Source: Leucoraja erinacea (Eukaryota). From it: DNA of 64,000 bases. The stretch's first letter is position 1. Every line of letters starts with the position of its first letter. A program made the translations under genes and the position numbers. The stretch spans positions 20,398,001-20,462,000 of the forward strand of contig NC_073404.1 in NCBI RefSeq assembly GCF_028641065.1, read 5' to 3'. Under the pieces are notes generated by a model that saw only the letters and a program-made list of their open reading frames with translations, was not told where the DNA came from and made no database searches. Of this stretch, positions 26,038 to 37,955 are shown piece by piece.

Positions 26038-26711
26038 CTTGTGTATGAGCTCCAAATAGATGGCACACTCTCCAAGAAACCAGGGAATGCAATCAAATGA
26101 CAATTGACCCAGATTTCAGCTGCAGAAATGACAATTGACCCTTCAGCTGCAGGACAGTTCAAAATGGAGGGTCAAGGTTTGAACTGACTGTAGGGGTAAA
26201 TTACAGTAAATGAAGCCTTTCCACTATAGCCTTTCGTGCAATACGGGCCACTAATTTTAAAATTCATTTTTATATTACAGGATAGGGATTGTAGTATACT
26301 GATGAAATAGGTTGGGGAGGAGAGGGGGGGGGGGGGGTTTAATTAGATAAATTATATCCCCTGGATTGGGGCTGAGAGTGTTTGCATATAGTGAAATGAA
26401 AGAAGGAGCAGGCCATTCAACCGTCTTGCCCACTCGGCCATTTGACGAGATCATCCTGATCATTTACTCCGATGTCTCTTTCCGATAATTTTCTTAATCT
26501 CGAAAAACCTAGCAATTTCAAAAATTCACTGCCCTCTACATGAAGACATTTTTTTCCTATCATTGTCCTGAACATTCACCCCCTTATTTTGATACTCCAA
26601 TCACCAGTTCTAGTCAAGTCTTTCAGGGGAAAAAAAAAATTAACTCCACATCTACTCTGTCAAGTCCGTTTAAACTTTTATGTGCTGAGAATGAGAACTC
26701 ATTCTCTAGCT

Positions 26712-27281
26712 CAGTGATGGAAATGGGGGGGTATACAGGGGGACGGCGTTCCCCTACTTTTCAGTTTCCAGTTTCCATCCTGTGCATGAATTTGCAGCTT
26801 TATCCTGCGCTGCTTAATCCAAGGGCGAGCGAATGAGCGGACAGACGGACGAAAGCAATGATCATAGAGTGGAATAGGTGACATTTCGGGTCGAGACCCT
26901 TCTTCAGACTGAGTCAGGGGAACGAGGAACAATAGATATTGATGGTACTAAGGACAAGTTAATGGAAGATATGCCTATACCTCCCGTTTCCCTTTCCCTT
27001 GACTGTCAGTCAGAAGAAGGGTCTTGACCCGAAATGTTACCTATTCTGCTCTATGATCGTTGCTTTTGTCGAGAGAGAGAGAGGGATATGCAAGAAAGCA
27101 GCAATGACATATAATACATAATAAACTAAATTATAAATACACAATAAACAAGTTATGCATTCTTGTACTCTTACATGGGTATGACCGAACATTAAAAAAA
27201 TCTTCCCCCCCTCTTCCTTCCCAATCTCAGCCGCACGGACCTTAGAGTACCCCTAGTTCCTAAAACCCATTTCCATCACCG
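26712..27281. mobile_element. hAT-superfamily non-autonomous element
   Basis: TIRs CAGTGATGGAAATGGG / CCCATTTCCATCACCG; perfect 8-bp TSD CTCTAGCT (26704-26711, 27282-27289). Confidence 0.88.
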
Positions 27282-27715
27282 CTCTAGCTGTACCTTCTGG
27301 TACTCACCCGTAAGTAATGGCTGCATATTGATTCAGGCTAGGAACAGGTTAATCACTGATTAGCTAGATCTGGACTTTACTATGTTTTTTGTAGCTAGAT
27401 CTAATAAGCACTTTATTTAACTTAAAGTCATTAAATTTGGGGTGAAACTCTGACTATACAAAACTAGGTGCTGCCTCTGCCCCATCCGAGGGGATCCTTT
27501 TTCTCTAACGAGATGGAAAGGACACCTATAGCTGTCGTTCTCATCAGTAACATAAAGCAGCACACAAGTAAAGATTCAAAACAATTTATGAAACGTGTTG
27601 TGCAAATATAAATCAAGACAAACCACTACACTTTTGGTGGAATTTTCAAATGAAACTTAATAACAAGATTCCACCTGTTGATATAATTTGTTTATTCCCT
27701 TCTCACCCCACTTAC

Positions 27716-27813
27716 ATCATTCTGTGTTCCTGCCTCCTGCGTCGAACATGTGACATTCTCTCTGTCAGGTACGATGGAATCTCCATTAGTGACGTGGTTA
27801 CTATCTTGGAGTG
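27716..27813 (-). CDS. MKS1: MKS1 exon 5 (HSKIVTT...ERMSHVRRRRQEHRM)
   Basis: 98 nt; ERMxxVRRRRQ motif; cag| and |gtaagt. Confidence 0.95.
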
Positions 27814-28192
27814 CTGTAAAAAGGATACATTTACCTATTTGGCAATGGTATATTGTCAGTTTTATTCTTCGATTCAGGGATGCTGGTTTTTAGCTGGATC
27901 CATAATGGAAGCTTAATGGAAAGGACAATCTAATCTCAAGGCCATATAAATGGCATGTTCCAGTAATTAATGTGGCAGCAAGTTCATCAGGAAGATCATT
28001 GAACACGATAAATAGCTCACTCTAAAGATCTCCAGATTTGTGGGTATTCAAACGTAGACTGCTAAGTGGAGGGAGTTCAAAACTCCAATTAAATCTTCCC
28101 CTGCAGCTAAAATAAGCATATTGATCATTGAAGGTAGACACAAAATGCTGGAGTAATTTAGCGTGACAGGCAGCATCTCTGGAGAAGGAATG

Positions 28193-28226
28193 GGTGACGT
28201 TTCGGGTCAAGACCCTTCTTCAGACT
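28193..28226 (-). ncRNA. Candidate minimal hammerhead motif on the MKS1 sense strand (intron 4)
   Basis: AGU-CUGAAGA-A-GGGUCUUGACCC-GAAAC-GUC-ACC; core intact, stem I only 2 bp. Confidence 0.4.
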
Positions 28227-28425
28227 GATGTCAGGGGAGTGGGCTGGACAGAGGTAGAATGTAGTCAGAGACAGGACACAAAATGCTGGAGTAACTCAGC
28301 GGGACAGGCAGCATTTGACATGGCCCAATACAGTTTATTTTTCCAGTTATCTTAATACTACATTTAAAAGAGCAGCTTTTAGTTTGTTTTTTTAATGAAA
28401 GAAAGTGAGCAATTCGATTCAGTAC

Positions 28426-28581
28426 CTCTTCAGTGCTGGTGTAGCGGTCAAAATCAGTGTAGGTAAAGATTCTGCGATTCTTCTTCTCTTCAGTTTCCTC
28501 CAGGCGCAGGATCTCATTACGGTATTGACAGTCCAGTGGACTTTGGCACAAATGTTCATTCTGGTACAGGTCAATTTCAAA
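28426..28581 (-). CDS. MKS1: MKS1 exon 4 ([17 protein letters not shown]...DRYTSTEE)
   Basis: 156 nt; [11 protein letters not shown] motif; tag| and |gtact. Confidence 0.95.
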
Positions 28582-29184
28582 CTACAATTAAAAGTACAGT
28601 AGTTATTTTAGGTTTTCTTCCGATCTTCAATCCTTCTCCCTCTTCAATATTCCACTCCTATGGACATCCTACCATATCCTGCTTTCTGACCACATGATGA
28701 AATTTAGGGGAGGGCGGGAAAGTGCTCGTAGTGAAAGGGGTTGAAGCAAATGTTAAGGCCATAAAGAATACAAAGGTTCTGACACAAATCCATTTCTATT
28801 TTCATAGTACATTGCAAGGAGGTTACAAAACAGTTTTGGACAGAAAAGTCCATGATAATAACCTTCAAAAATCTAAATAATCTGCAAATGATAAAGTATC
28901 TTTTCACCGGCACCAATGACAGGAAAATCTACATTGCAGTCCCATGACTGCGCAATTCATCCAGCCAAGTTACTTCACTATTATTAAGTTCATTTGGGTT
29001 ATGTCACCTCATTTTTGTGGATCTGAAGATTTGAATTGGTTACTCCCCATAAAAGAGTTGTGGTCATTTGTTTTTGAAAATTAGATTGTACTGCAAAGTT
29101 ATTTTGCATTTAATTATTATTTCTCCTTAAGGAGATACTTCAGAAATTAGTCAGTGGCTCATGCTAGTTTGGCAAAGAGGTTAC

Positions 29185-29249
29185 CTGGCTGAATAGCTTC
29201 TCTTGCCAGCCTAGTTCAACCTCTTCTTGGTCGTCTGTCCGATAACCAT
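29185..29249 (-). CDS. MKS1: MKS1 exon 3 (DGYRTDDQEEVELGWQEKLFSQ)
   Basis: GWQEKLFSQ as in human; ctgcag| and |gtaac. Confidence 0.93.
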
Positions 29250-29523
29250 CTGCAGAATTGACAATAAACTACAATTTAAGATACAGCTGCTTAAGACACA
29301 GAGAATAAAAATTCAGCACATACATGTACAGAATGAAGGATCCCTTGTATACTTTTCTGGTGATAGCAGAATTTCTTTTTAATCTATTGTTCTTGCAGTT
29401 TTCACTGAAGAGACAAATACAGATTTGCCTTCTTTTCCCAACCCTCAGCAAGAGTTTCCAATAATTTGGATTCTCTATCTTATTGTCACTTTGACCTCAA
29501 CATTCCAACGAAAAGCAACGTAG

Positions 29524-30225
29524 ATTCAGAATTAGAATCAGATTTTATTCGCCAAGTATGTTTTGCAACAAACGAGGAATTTCACTGGCCAGGTCAAAAA
29601 CCCATTTTAACATGAACATCCACCACAGTGACTCCTACACATTCCTCACTGTGATGGAAGGCGAAATAAAGTTCAAGACCTTCCTTTTGTTCTTCCTCGG
29701 TCTGGGGCCTCGAGCCCTCCGTTGACGGGACGGTCTTGACTCCCGTAGCCGGCGGCGTTGAGGCGATCGACTTCTGCATCAGGGGGTTGTCAGCTCCCAG
29801 CGCCGAACGATCGAACTTCGCGTCGGGGCTGGTCGAACCTTCTGCGGCATTGGAGTTCCCGAACTAGCCTCTCCCGAGACTGCGAGCCCTTGATGGTAAG
29901 TCCACAGGCCACGGTGGGAGCAATCCCAGGCAAGGGATCCGCTCCGATGTAAAGTGCACGCCCCGCGGTGGGGCTCACGACAGTCCGAGGAGGCCTCCAG
30001 CTCCAGCGATGGTAGGCCGCAGAGCCCGGAGAATGTGATCCGAAAATTAATTACATCTCTGGGAAGGTAAGAACTTGACAAAAATGTTCCCCCCGATCCC
30101 CTTCCCCCACATAAAACAAACCGGTACATTAAAACAAACTTTTAATAAACGCTAAATATAACAAAAAGATGAAAAAACTAACAGACTGCCAGCAGGGCTG
30201 TCATCTCCCCGGCGCCCCTGGTGGT
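29524..30225 (-). mobile_element. ~0.7 kb non-autonomous retroelement, copy 2
   Basis: Reverse complement of the same family, with the same 5' end ACCACCAGGGGCGC. Confidence 0.8.
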
Positions 30226-30593
30226 CTTTTGTGCCATTTCAAATAATGCAATATTTGGATTGGAAATTTACACCTTTACGGAATTCAGTTTCTTCTGCTA
30301 CTCCGATTTACATGTCCATTAAATTATCTTTTATATCTTTACTTGTCCTCCTACTATTCCTCTTTGTTTAATCCCTCTTGCCAACCACCTGCAAATTTAT
30401 CCTTTATCTGCATCTACACCATTTTCATGATCTGATTATCTTCCTCTAACTGTTTTTTCTCTGTGTAGGTTCTGTAGAATCAGCAATTTTCCAATATTTT
30501 TTGTTTTTATTTCATGTTGGTTCATGGAGTAGCCTATTGATAATCTCATGTTGAAACTCATTTTAGGGCAGATGTTGCTAGGATAAAACTTAC

Positions 30594-30721
30594 CGGTGAT
30601 GTTTTCTGAAGTCGTGGCATCGAAGGTAGACATTTCAATGGCATTTTCCTTGGAGAAAGGAACAGGTTGCAAAACATGTTGAGTGAAGAGTGCTGTTGGG
30701 GTGACCCGCTGAAGCCATACA
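30594..30721 (-). CDS. MKS1: MKS1 exon 2 (VWLQRVTPTALF...ENIT)
   Basis: aaag| acceptor, G|gtaag donor, phase compatible; VxLQR motif. Confidence 0.88.
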
Positions 30722-31624
30722 CTTTTTAAGAGAAGAAAATAAATACATTTAAAAGCCTCCATGCATGAAACACCTAATCTTCAAATTAATTCAAATTGAT
30801 AACAGAAGTTAACAACATTCATACATCTCGTACCATCATCCCCTATGAAGTGGCATCATGGAGCCAAAATGGAAAGGGAATGGAGGCAGAAGGAAAATCC
30901 TTTAGATATTTGTTCCCATCATTCTAGAAATTTCACCTTCCTACCAAAGTCACAAACTGCAGATCTGGTCTTTGTAATTTACAGTGAGATCACATCCTTC
31001 GTTGACCTGTTGTTGCAGTAGGCAAATTGTAATGGGTCCAGGTTCTTGTTGAGGTAGGAGTTGATATGGGCCATAACTAACATCTCAAGGCACTTCATCA
31101 ACAAGTGCCACCAGTCGGTAATCATTGAGGCAAGTCATGTTACTATTCTTGGGCACCGGCATTATTGATGCTCTTTTAAAGCTGGATTGCAGATTCTCCA
31201 GTCCAAATTCTAGAGAGCACAAGTGCTGCCAGATCATCATGTTCATGTTCTCGAAAAGCACCGGAGCATTCTGGGAGGTTTACATGCTGGAATCAGTCAG
31301 CATTCACAGATGGGCAAGATCTAGCAGTTTGCCAAGGAACTGACATTTTCCAGTAAAATGAGAGCTAAACTCATTATAAATTGCTCTTCCCTCAGATACT
31401 GCATCAATTATTAATCCCCCCCACCCCAGGTAAGTGATTTCAACCCCATCACACTGTATTTATTTTGTTCTCCAATATAAAAGCAAATGTTGTGGATTCT
31501 AGAAACAAAAATAAAACATTAAATTGTAGAAAAGGCATAACAGATGTAATGCAGAATCTGTGGAGAGATTCAGAGAGAACAGAATCAACATTTCAGGAAA
31601 ATGCCATTGCTTATTGATTCTGAT

Positions 31625-31805
31625 TTGGGGAGGGGATGAGAGGGGAAAGAAGATTGAGGGCGAAGAGGAGGGGGAGAGAGTGCTAGGGATGAGGGGATAT
31701 GAGCTGCGCCTGTGCAGTTGGGGGCTATGGGTGAGTGGTGGAATATTGAATGGGGGGACCAAGCCTCCTGTGTGACAGGGACCCAACGTATCCCACTTAG
31801 TCTAG
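31625..31805 (+). mobile_element. Helitron-like element 3' end, second copy
   Basis: Imperfect hairpin GGGA-CCCAACGTA-TCCC, then CTAG|T. Confidence 0.5.
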
Positions 31806-31819
31806 TTAATTCCTAAATG

Positions 31820-32345
31820 CCAGGTTAATCCCACCTCACTCCAACGCATGCATTCATCTCATAACTCGTGTAATCCCACTCTATCCTATCCTCTGCGATA
31901 ACCTCTTTGCATCAATCATATTCCCAGCATCAATCCCACTAGTCCCAACACCCCCACCCCCCACCCGTTAATTATGCTTTAACCCCACAATCTCATCCCT
32001 TGTGTTAGTCCCTTTTCTGGCATTAATCCCACTCTCTGCATTAATACCATTATCCCACTCCCTGCATTCATTCCCCTCCTTGCATTATACACCCCCACCC
32101 CCCCTTCGTTAACCCCCATTCCCGCATTAACTCCCTCCCACCCCCTTGCATTAATCCCACTGCCGCCGTTGATACCATTCCGTCCCACCTCTTGCATTAA
32201 TCATATGCCCTTCTTTAACTCCTCACTCCCGGCGTTAATACCACTCCATCACATATTTTACAAAGTTCACTCCTCACGGCCGGCGTTAATCCCACTCCCT
32301 GCATTAATCCCGCTCCACCCCAACCTCTGCATTAATCCCATTTCC
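31820..32345. repeat. Degenerate minisatellite (GCATTAATCCCACT-like units) in MKS1 intron 1
   Basis: Repeated variants of CATTAATCCC/GTTAATCCC separated by C-rich spacers. Confidence 0.7.
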
Positions 32346-32391
32346 TTTCTCACGCAATCGCAGTATTTAACCGCACCTCTCGTACTCTTAC

Positions 32392-32468
32392 CGGATGCGG
32401 AGGTTTTGTACGGGATCCTGAGTGCGGTAGATCGCTGCTCCTCCCTCACTTCTACATTCGGCCGCCAT
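32392..32468 (-). CDS. MKS1: MKS1 exon 1 (MAAECRSEGGAAIYRTQDPVQNLRIR)
   Basis: ATG at 32468 in a CpG island; resembles human [27 protein letters not shown]; donor CG|gtaag. Confidence 0.93.
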
Positions 32469-32493
32469 CGACCGTCGCTCCGCCCGCTGCTCC

Positions 32494-32507
32494 GTTACCG
32501 GGGTAAC
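32494..32507. promoter_or_regulatory. RFX X-box 1 (GTTACCGGGGTAAC) just upstream of MKS1 ATG
   Basis: Palindromic X-box, GTTACC-GG-GGTAAC, 26 nt upstream of the start codon of a ciliary gene. Confidence 0.85.
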
Positions 32508-32548
32508 GGAAGGCGGGGCCCAGATGTCCGGTCCGGCGCCATGCAGCG

Positions 32549-32562
32549 GTTCCCCCGGCAAC
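32549..32562. promoter_or_regulatory. RFX X-box 2 (GTTCCCCCGGCAAC)
   Basis: Close match to the X-box consensus with a perfect GGCAAC half site; 81 nt upstream of ATG. Confidence 0.7.
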
Positions 32563-34214
32563 GGACCGGGCCCGACTCCGCCCGCTACCCAACCCGGGCC
32601 CTTGGGCGAGAGGGCGCTGGGCAGCTTCAAGCAGAGGTCCCTCTCCTGAGCGTTGTACAAAACTGCCTAGTGTTTGTGGAGGTTTACTCCTGATCCGTCC
32701 CGAGATAAAAGCAGACCGTCCCCAGCAAAGATCACAGAGTTCTATGATCTTTGCTCTCCAGCACTTACTCGGTAATTCACCGTTTCAGGGGGTCTGTGAG
32801 GAGGGGCATACGCTAGGGAATGGGTACAAAATGCTGGAAATATTAGTAATTTCCAACTGCTGCAATCATTTTTTGGCTGCAGTTTAGGGGGGAAAGGTGC
32901 TGGAACGAAATGAACTTTTTTGCTTTGAGATTGTGAATGACTCACAACAGATGGCTGCTAAACTAAACAGAATAATCTGACTTTTGATGGAAAATAATGA
33001 CGAAGATTCTGCATCATATTGATCAAAAATTCGAAAGTACATTTTGAAAAACAGTGTCAAGGAGGCACTGGGTTGGCTTAGTCTCATCTACATAAAAAAT
33101 ATTTTGTAAAAGGGATCACAAAATATGAACAACCAAATCATTTAAAAAAAAAGAAACTATAAGTAGATTCCATATCAAACACTGGTCTTCATTTGTGGAA
33201 AGCCTTAAATACACTAATATACTAACTTTTCGTTCTCAAATCCTTGGAAGTTCCACGGATCAAGGGAAATTTGCATCGGCACATGATTTTGAGGTGACTG
33301 ATAATACCAATAAAACATGCAGTATCTACAACTGACTTTCTCATTAGAGCATTGCTTGAAGTGGAGCCAAATGTTACCACGATGATCAGTAGTAAGAAAA
33401 CTACCACATTGTTCCTTGCGTGGTTTATATATTGTGACTGAACACAGAGCAATGTGGTTCACTCAAAATTGAAACCCAGCCCTATGGAACCTATGAATTC
33501 AAACTAAACACAAGCAAGAACACCTCTTTCTGTCTTCAACTAGCTGATGAGTTGGTGCTCGTCCAGGTTAAGCAGCATTGGATGAAATACTCAGAATTAT
33601 AAAGGGCACAGAATGAGTTTGGGATGGATGACTTTAAAGCTCATCACCAAGAATGGCTCACTGGCATGACTACAGATGTCAGATTGGTTCTGGGTAGGTG
33701 ACAAGTGAATAAACACAACGAGGAAGATTTTTTTTTCACGGTGAATCTGTACAATTCTTTGCCGCGGAAGGATATGGAGGCCAAGTCAATGGATATTTTT
33801 AAGGCAGATAGATAGGTTTTTGATTAGTATGGGTGTCAAGGGTTAAGTGGAGAAGGCAGGAGAATGAGGTTAAGAGGGAGAAATAGAGCAGCCATGATTG
33901 AATGACGTAGACTTGATGGGCCGAATGGCATAATTCTGCTCCAACCACCTGACCAAACTATTACAATAGATAAGTACCTATCCCTGTAGAACATAAATCC
34001 TCTATTTTTCTGTTTTGTAATTAGCTGTAACCAGTTTCACAACTTTACCTTAATTATTAGATTAAATAATTGAAATCATGAAAAAATAAAAATCACTTGT
34101 AATTTAAATTTAAAAAAATCACTGTTGTGATTTTCCATAATATGAAAAAAGGCCAACATAAAATATATGGCTATAAAATATATAAAACGTGTTTCTTTTA
34201 ATTCATTTCAACAC

Positions 34215-34220
34215 TTTATT
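34215..34220 (-). terminator. Probable BCL7B polyadenylation signal (AATAAA), implying a ~3.7 kb 3' UTR
   Basis: AATAAA on the minus strand followed by a U-rich downstream tract, at the end of a long repeat-poor AU-rich stretch (34200-37950). Confidence 0.5.
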
Positions 34221-37200
34221 TTCACAAGCATTTTGAATAACAATCCCCTAATAATTTGAGTTTTACAATTTGAAAGGCAACACATAACCTCTGAGGTATG
34301 AAGTACTTTTTGACATTACGGTTTGCATTTTCAAATGACATTTCGTCAAATAAGCACATACCAGTGATTCGTGTTATATGCTTCTGACAATATTTTTATT
34401 TTACAATCATTTACACAATAAAGGCAGTAAAAGAGGAGCAAAACTCATTCTGGAGTGCCCATGTAAATATTAGAATTGAACTTTCATGCGTGCTTTCCCG
34501 AACAATGCAAATGGCTTCAATACAATAATACTTTTTTAAATCTGCATATGTGCCTGTATTGATCGCCAAGAATGGTGCCACCCTTTTCAAATTTTTTAAG
34601 GAACAAAAAAACAATGAAAAATATTATCTTAAACCAAACAAGTGCAAACCTATTGTTTAGATTTTGGGCTGTGCAATGGAATCTAATGTCTCACATGTGC
34701 ATTGTGTTCTATGGTACTAGTGTTGTCTACATACCACGATCCACCCAAGAGTTAATACATGTCATTCAAATCATATTTCTTTGGAATGTCACAAAGTGTG
34801 AGAACTTATTTAAATGAGTCTTCATTGTGTGGTGAAACCTAGGAGGTACAAAACATCAGAAATACAATTTGCAGAAAAGCTATTGAAGAATGGTATGTTT
34901 TTTTGTTTGAAAACCATTTAAACAATTGAAGAATCTGGAGAGTCTGAATTAATTCATGGTTATGCACATGTAAAGACTTTAAGCAATGTTCCTCTGCTTG
35001 AATAATGATCATGGCTATTCATACACACATTTAGAATTCCTCATTTTTAGGTGGTATCTGAGATTACTCAAACTAAATTATTGAGTTACAAATTGTGAGG
35101 TTTGCGTCACCAAACAAGGAATGACCCATTATGCTCTACGCCATATCAATTGTTGCCCTTCAAACATTTTTATGAACAAAATCTGAATGCTCTGGAACAC
35201 TGTCTGGTTTCTGCTCCTTTGCGCAACTTTCCATGCATTCTGAAGCAAACTAAAGAAAAATACTCAATACAAATTGATTCGTCTATTTTATCATTGTATT
35301 CAAAAATATATCTATGCATTTATCAGCAAATACAAAATATGAACATTTTTCACATTGTCCTGTCTTCACTTCCATGAAAAATGAGTGTCTATATTGTAAT
35401 TAGGAAATCTTTCATCTTCATAGATTCTGAAAGATTACCTATTGGTTAAAAGATATGCTACTTAGAGCAGCAAGTAATATTGAGATTCCAATGGGACAAT
35501 CACAAAAAAAACATTAAAAGATCCATATTTTTCATTTCACACAAAATATTTAATACTTTATAAAAGATAAGAATGTAAAATGAGCCAATCAAGCACACTA
35601 CAAATAGAGGACATAAAGTTTTTTTTTTAAATAGGGAAGTTAGGAATAAGATACAAAGGCAGGTGAAACTTTATCACCAAAGCGAAGCAACTGGGGAGTA
35701 AAGTACTAAAGCAATATAAAAGATAAAATAGATGGACATCTGGATACTTAGGGAGTTACTTAAACTTTCAATGACTAACCAAAAATAAAATGATAATCTC
35801 ACTCAATGTTTAATTTAGCAGCAGAAATGGAAATAATTCACTTTTCTGAAGATGATAAATCATATCCAAGTTGGAACGATGCAACGATGTTTGCAAATGG
35901 GTTGACTGAATGTTGATGGAAAACAAATAATTAAAAATGAGTACAGCAGCATTCCAGAATAAAAATAAACAACCAAACACTGCTAACTGTGTGATCGGCA
36001 TGCACCACGTCAAGGTTTACGTGCACAAGTTTTGGAAATTCCAATGAGGCCATTTATTTTTATGTAATTTCCCAAGGTCAGAAAAGAGCAAAGTTTGGCA
36101 AGAGCACCATGCAAAGAAGCTGCCTCCATTAGGAAGGTGGCGAGCTATGAATCATGATAATGGTATAAAATTGGCATTCATCAGGATGGACAGTAATCCA
36201 AAATGTATCTTTCAGTATCTCAGTAACTTTCTCCACAGATGGTGCCCGACCTATTGAATATTGTTAGCCATTTTTGTTTTTATCGAAAAAAATTCTCACA
36301 CTCTGGTGTTAAAAGAATCAATAAGTAAGCTGTTTAGAAAAAACATAGAGGGAAAACAATAAAGGATTGAATATAGTCTGAAGTTTTATTTTACCAACTT
36401 TCTCAATTTCAGACTGACTCTTGTGGGGTCAATGATAGATTATGGATGCAAATATTCCTCTGGTACATACATGGAAGTTATCATTCTACATTGTGAGCCT
36501 AATGTGCTTCTGCAAAATACTTGTGTATTGGCAACAACCCAACTAATGACTGATGGTAAACAGTGACATCTTCAAAATAAAATTACAAAATGCTGTGATA
36601 TGCTTACGTAGAATACACTGGAACCATGGCAATGTCTCCGAAATCTCCACACATCCGCTAGTTTGTTCATGTTTTTTTCTAAACTTGTTAATGGAGCAGT
36701 ATTGCCTGCTATAAAACCTAACAAGGATTCAATCTAATTTTGTTTCAATCAGGAACCAGTTTGTTTTAAAAATCAGTTGCAAATGATAGCTGACAAATTG
36801 ATTTGAAGGATGTGATCAGTATTGATAGGAAAGGTTGGTGGGTGATTAAGGATTCTAATCCTTCTTTAATGTAGCAACTCCTTACTGAGTCAACCTTGGC
36901 TGTGCAAGCATAGGCAAATCAGTACTAACAGCTGGTCAAATATGTAGGGAATGAATTGCCATACTAATTCACATGAGCGATCCATATGCAAAAGTTATAA
37001 CTCTCGTTAGTATGCCACACATTATCTCATGCACCACATCATATGTAGCGACATAAACATTGACCCGATCATATAGGAGATCAATTTCTCTTTTCAAGAA
37101 AATAATTTTCTAAAATCATCTGTAGCCTCTCCCCGAAGAAAAATGCAAGTCTGGGTTAATGGTACTTAAAATTGATTCAATGACATGGAAATTAATACAT

Positions 37201-37955
37201 CAAAAGGTAACCATACCAGCTTGTTCTAATGCTTTTTGCATCATAAGCAAATTTAGTAAAATCATGAGAAATATAAATTTTTAAAAATGTTTATATACAA
37301 TTTCAATACCCTTTTGTATTAGAAATTGCACTCAATTTTACTTAATTGAATACAGATGAGAGTCTAACTTTATATCATGGATATAACGAGGATGAAGACT
37401 GCATATTTATGTATAAAATCAAGAATTGACAGCACACAAATCCCTCTTCAGTCAGCTCACTTAAACATTGGGTGAAGATATCGAGGCACTTCAGTGTCAA
37501 GGCACTTTCATATTGATGCTGAGACTCCAGAAGAGCAGAGACTGGGATCTTCAATCCATCTTTTTGTACTGTACCACTTTGCAGTGAGTCCCTGTTGAGG
37601 GTCAATACAGAGGCCCATTATTTCTTCCAATGGGTACTCTTGTCCCAGAAAAAGGCCGGTGCTAGACCCAGTTAAGAGGTGAGCAGGACACTTCCTTTAG
37701 ATTAGTGCTACTTTTGACACTATCAATATAAAAGTGTCTTCAACTAGGAAGGCCCAATGGAGCCACAGACCACAGCCATTCCTGTTGCATAACAAAAGGG
37801 ACATCATCCTGCAATACAGAAACATTTTAAATTCAAACACCCAAATCAGATGCATCACAATTCATTAAAAGTAGAAAATAAATATCACATTCTTTTAAGT
37901 CAGTCAGTGATGGTAAGTCAGAGGGTACCATGGGAAAGCCTGCTTTGATTCTGGG

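Larger units (their letters stand above)
4087..32468 (-). other. MKS1: MKS1 gene span, start to stop codon (18 coding exons, 1692 nt CDS, 563 aa; B9-domain ciliary transition-zone protein)
   Basis: 18 exons joined by hand with AG acceptors and GT donors (one GC) give one uninterrupted frame resembling human MKS1 throughout; most exon sizes (156, 98, 129, 105, 109, 57, 43, 71, 70, 134, 83, 98) match the human gene as recalled. Confidence 0.96.
32380..32720. promoter_or_regulatory. CpG island / MKS1 promoter
   Basis: GC- and CpG-rich non-repeat stretch over exon 1, with GC boxes (GGCGGGG, CCGCCC). Confidence 0.8.
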
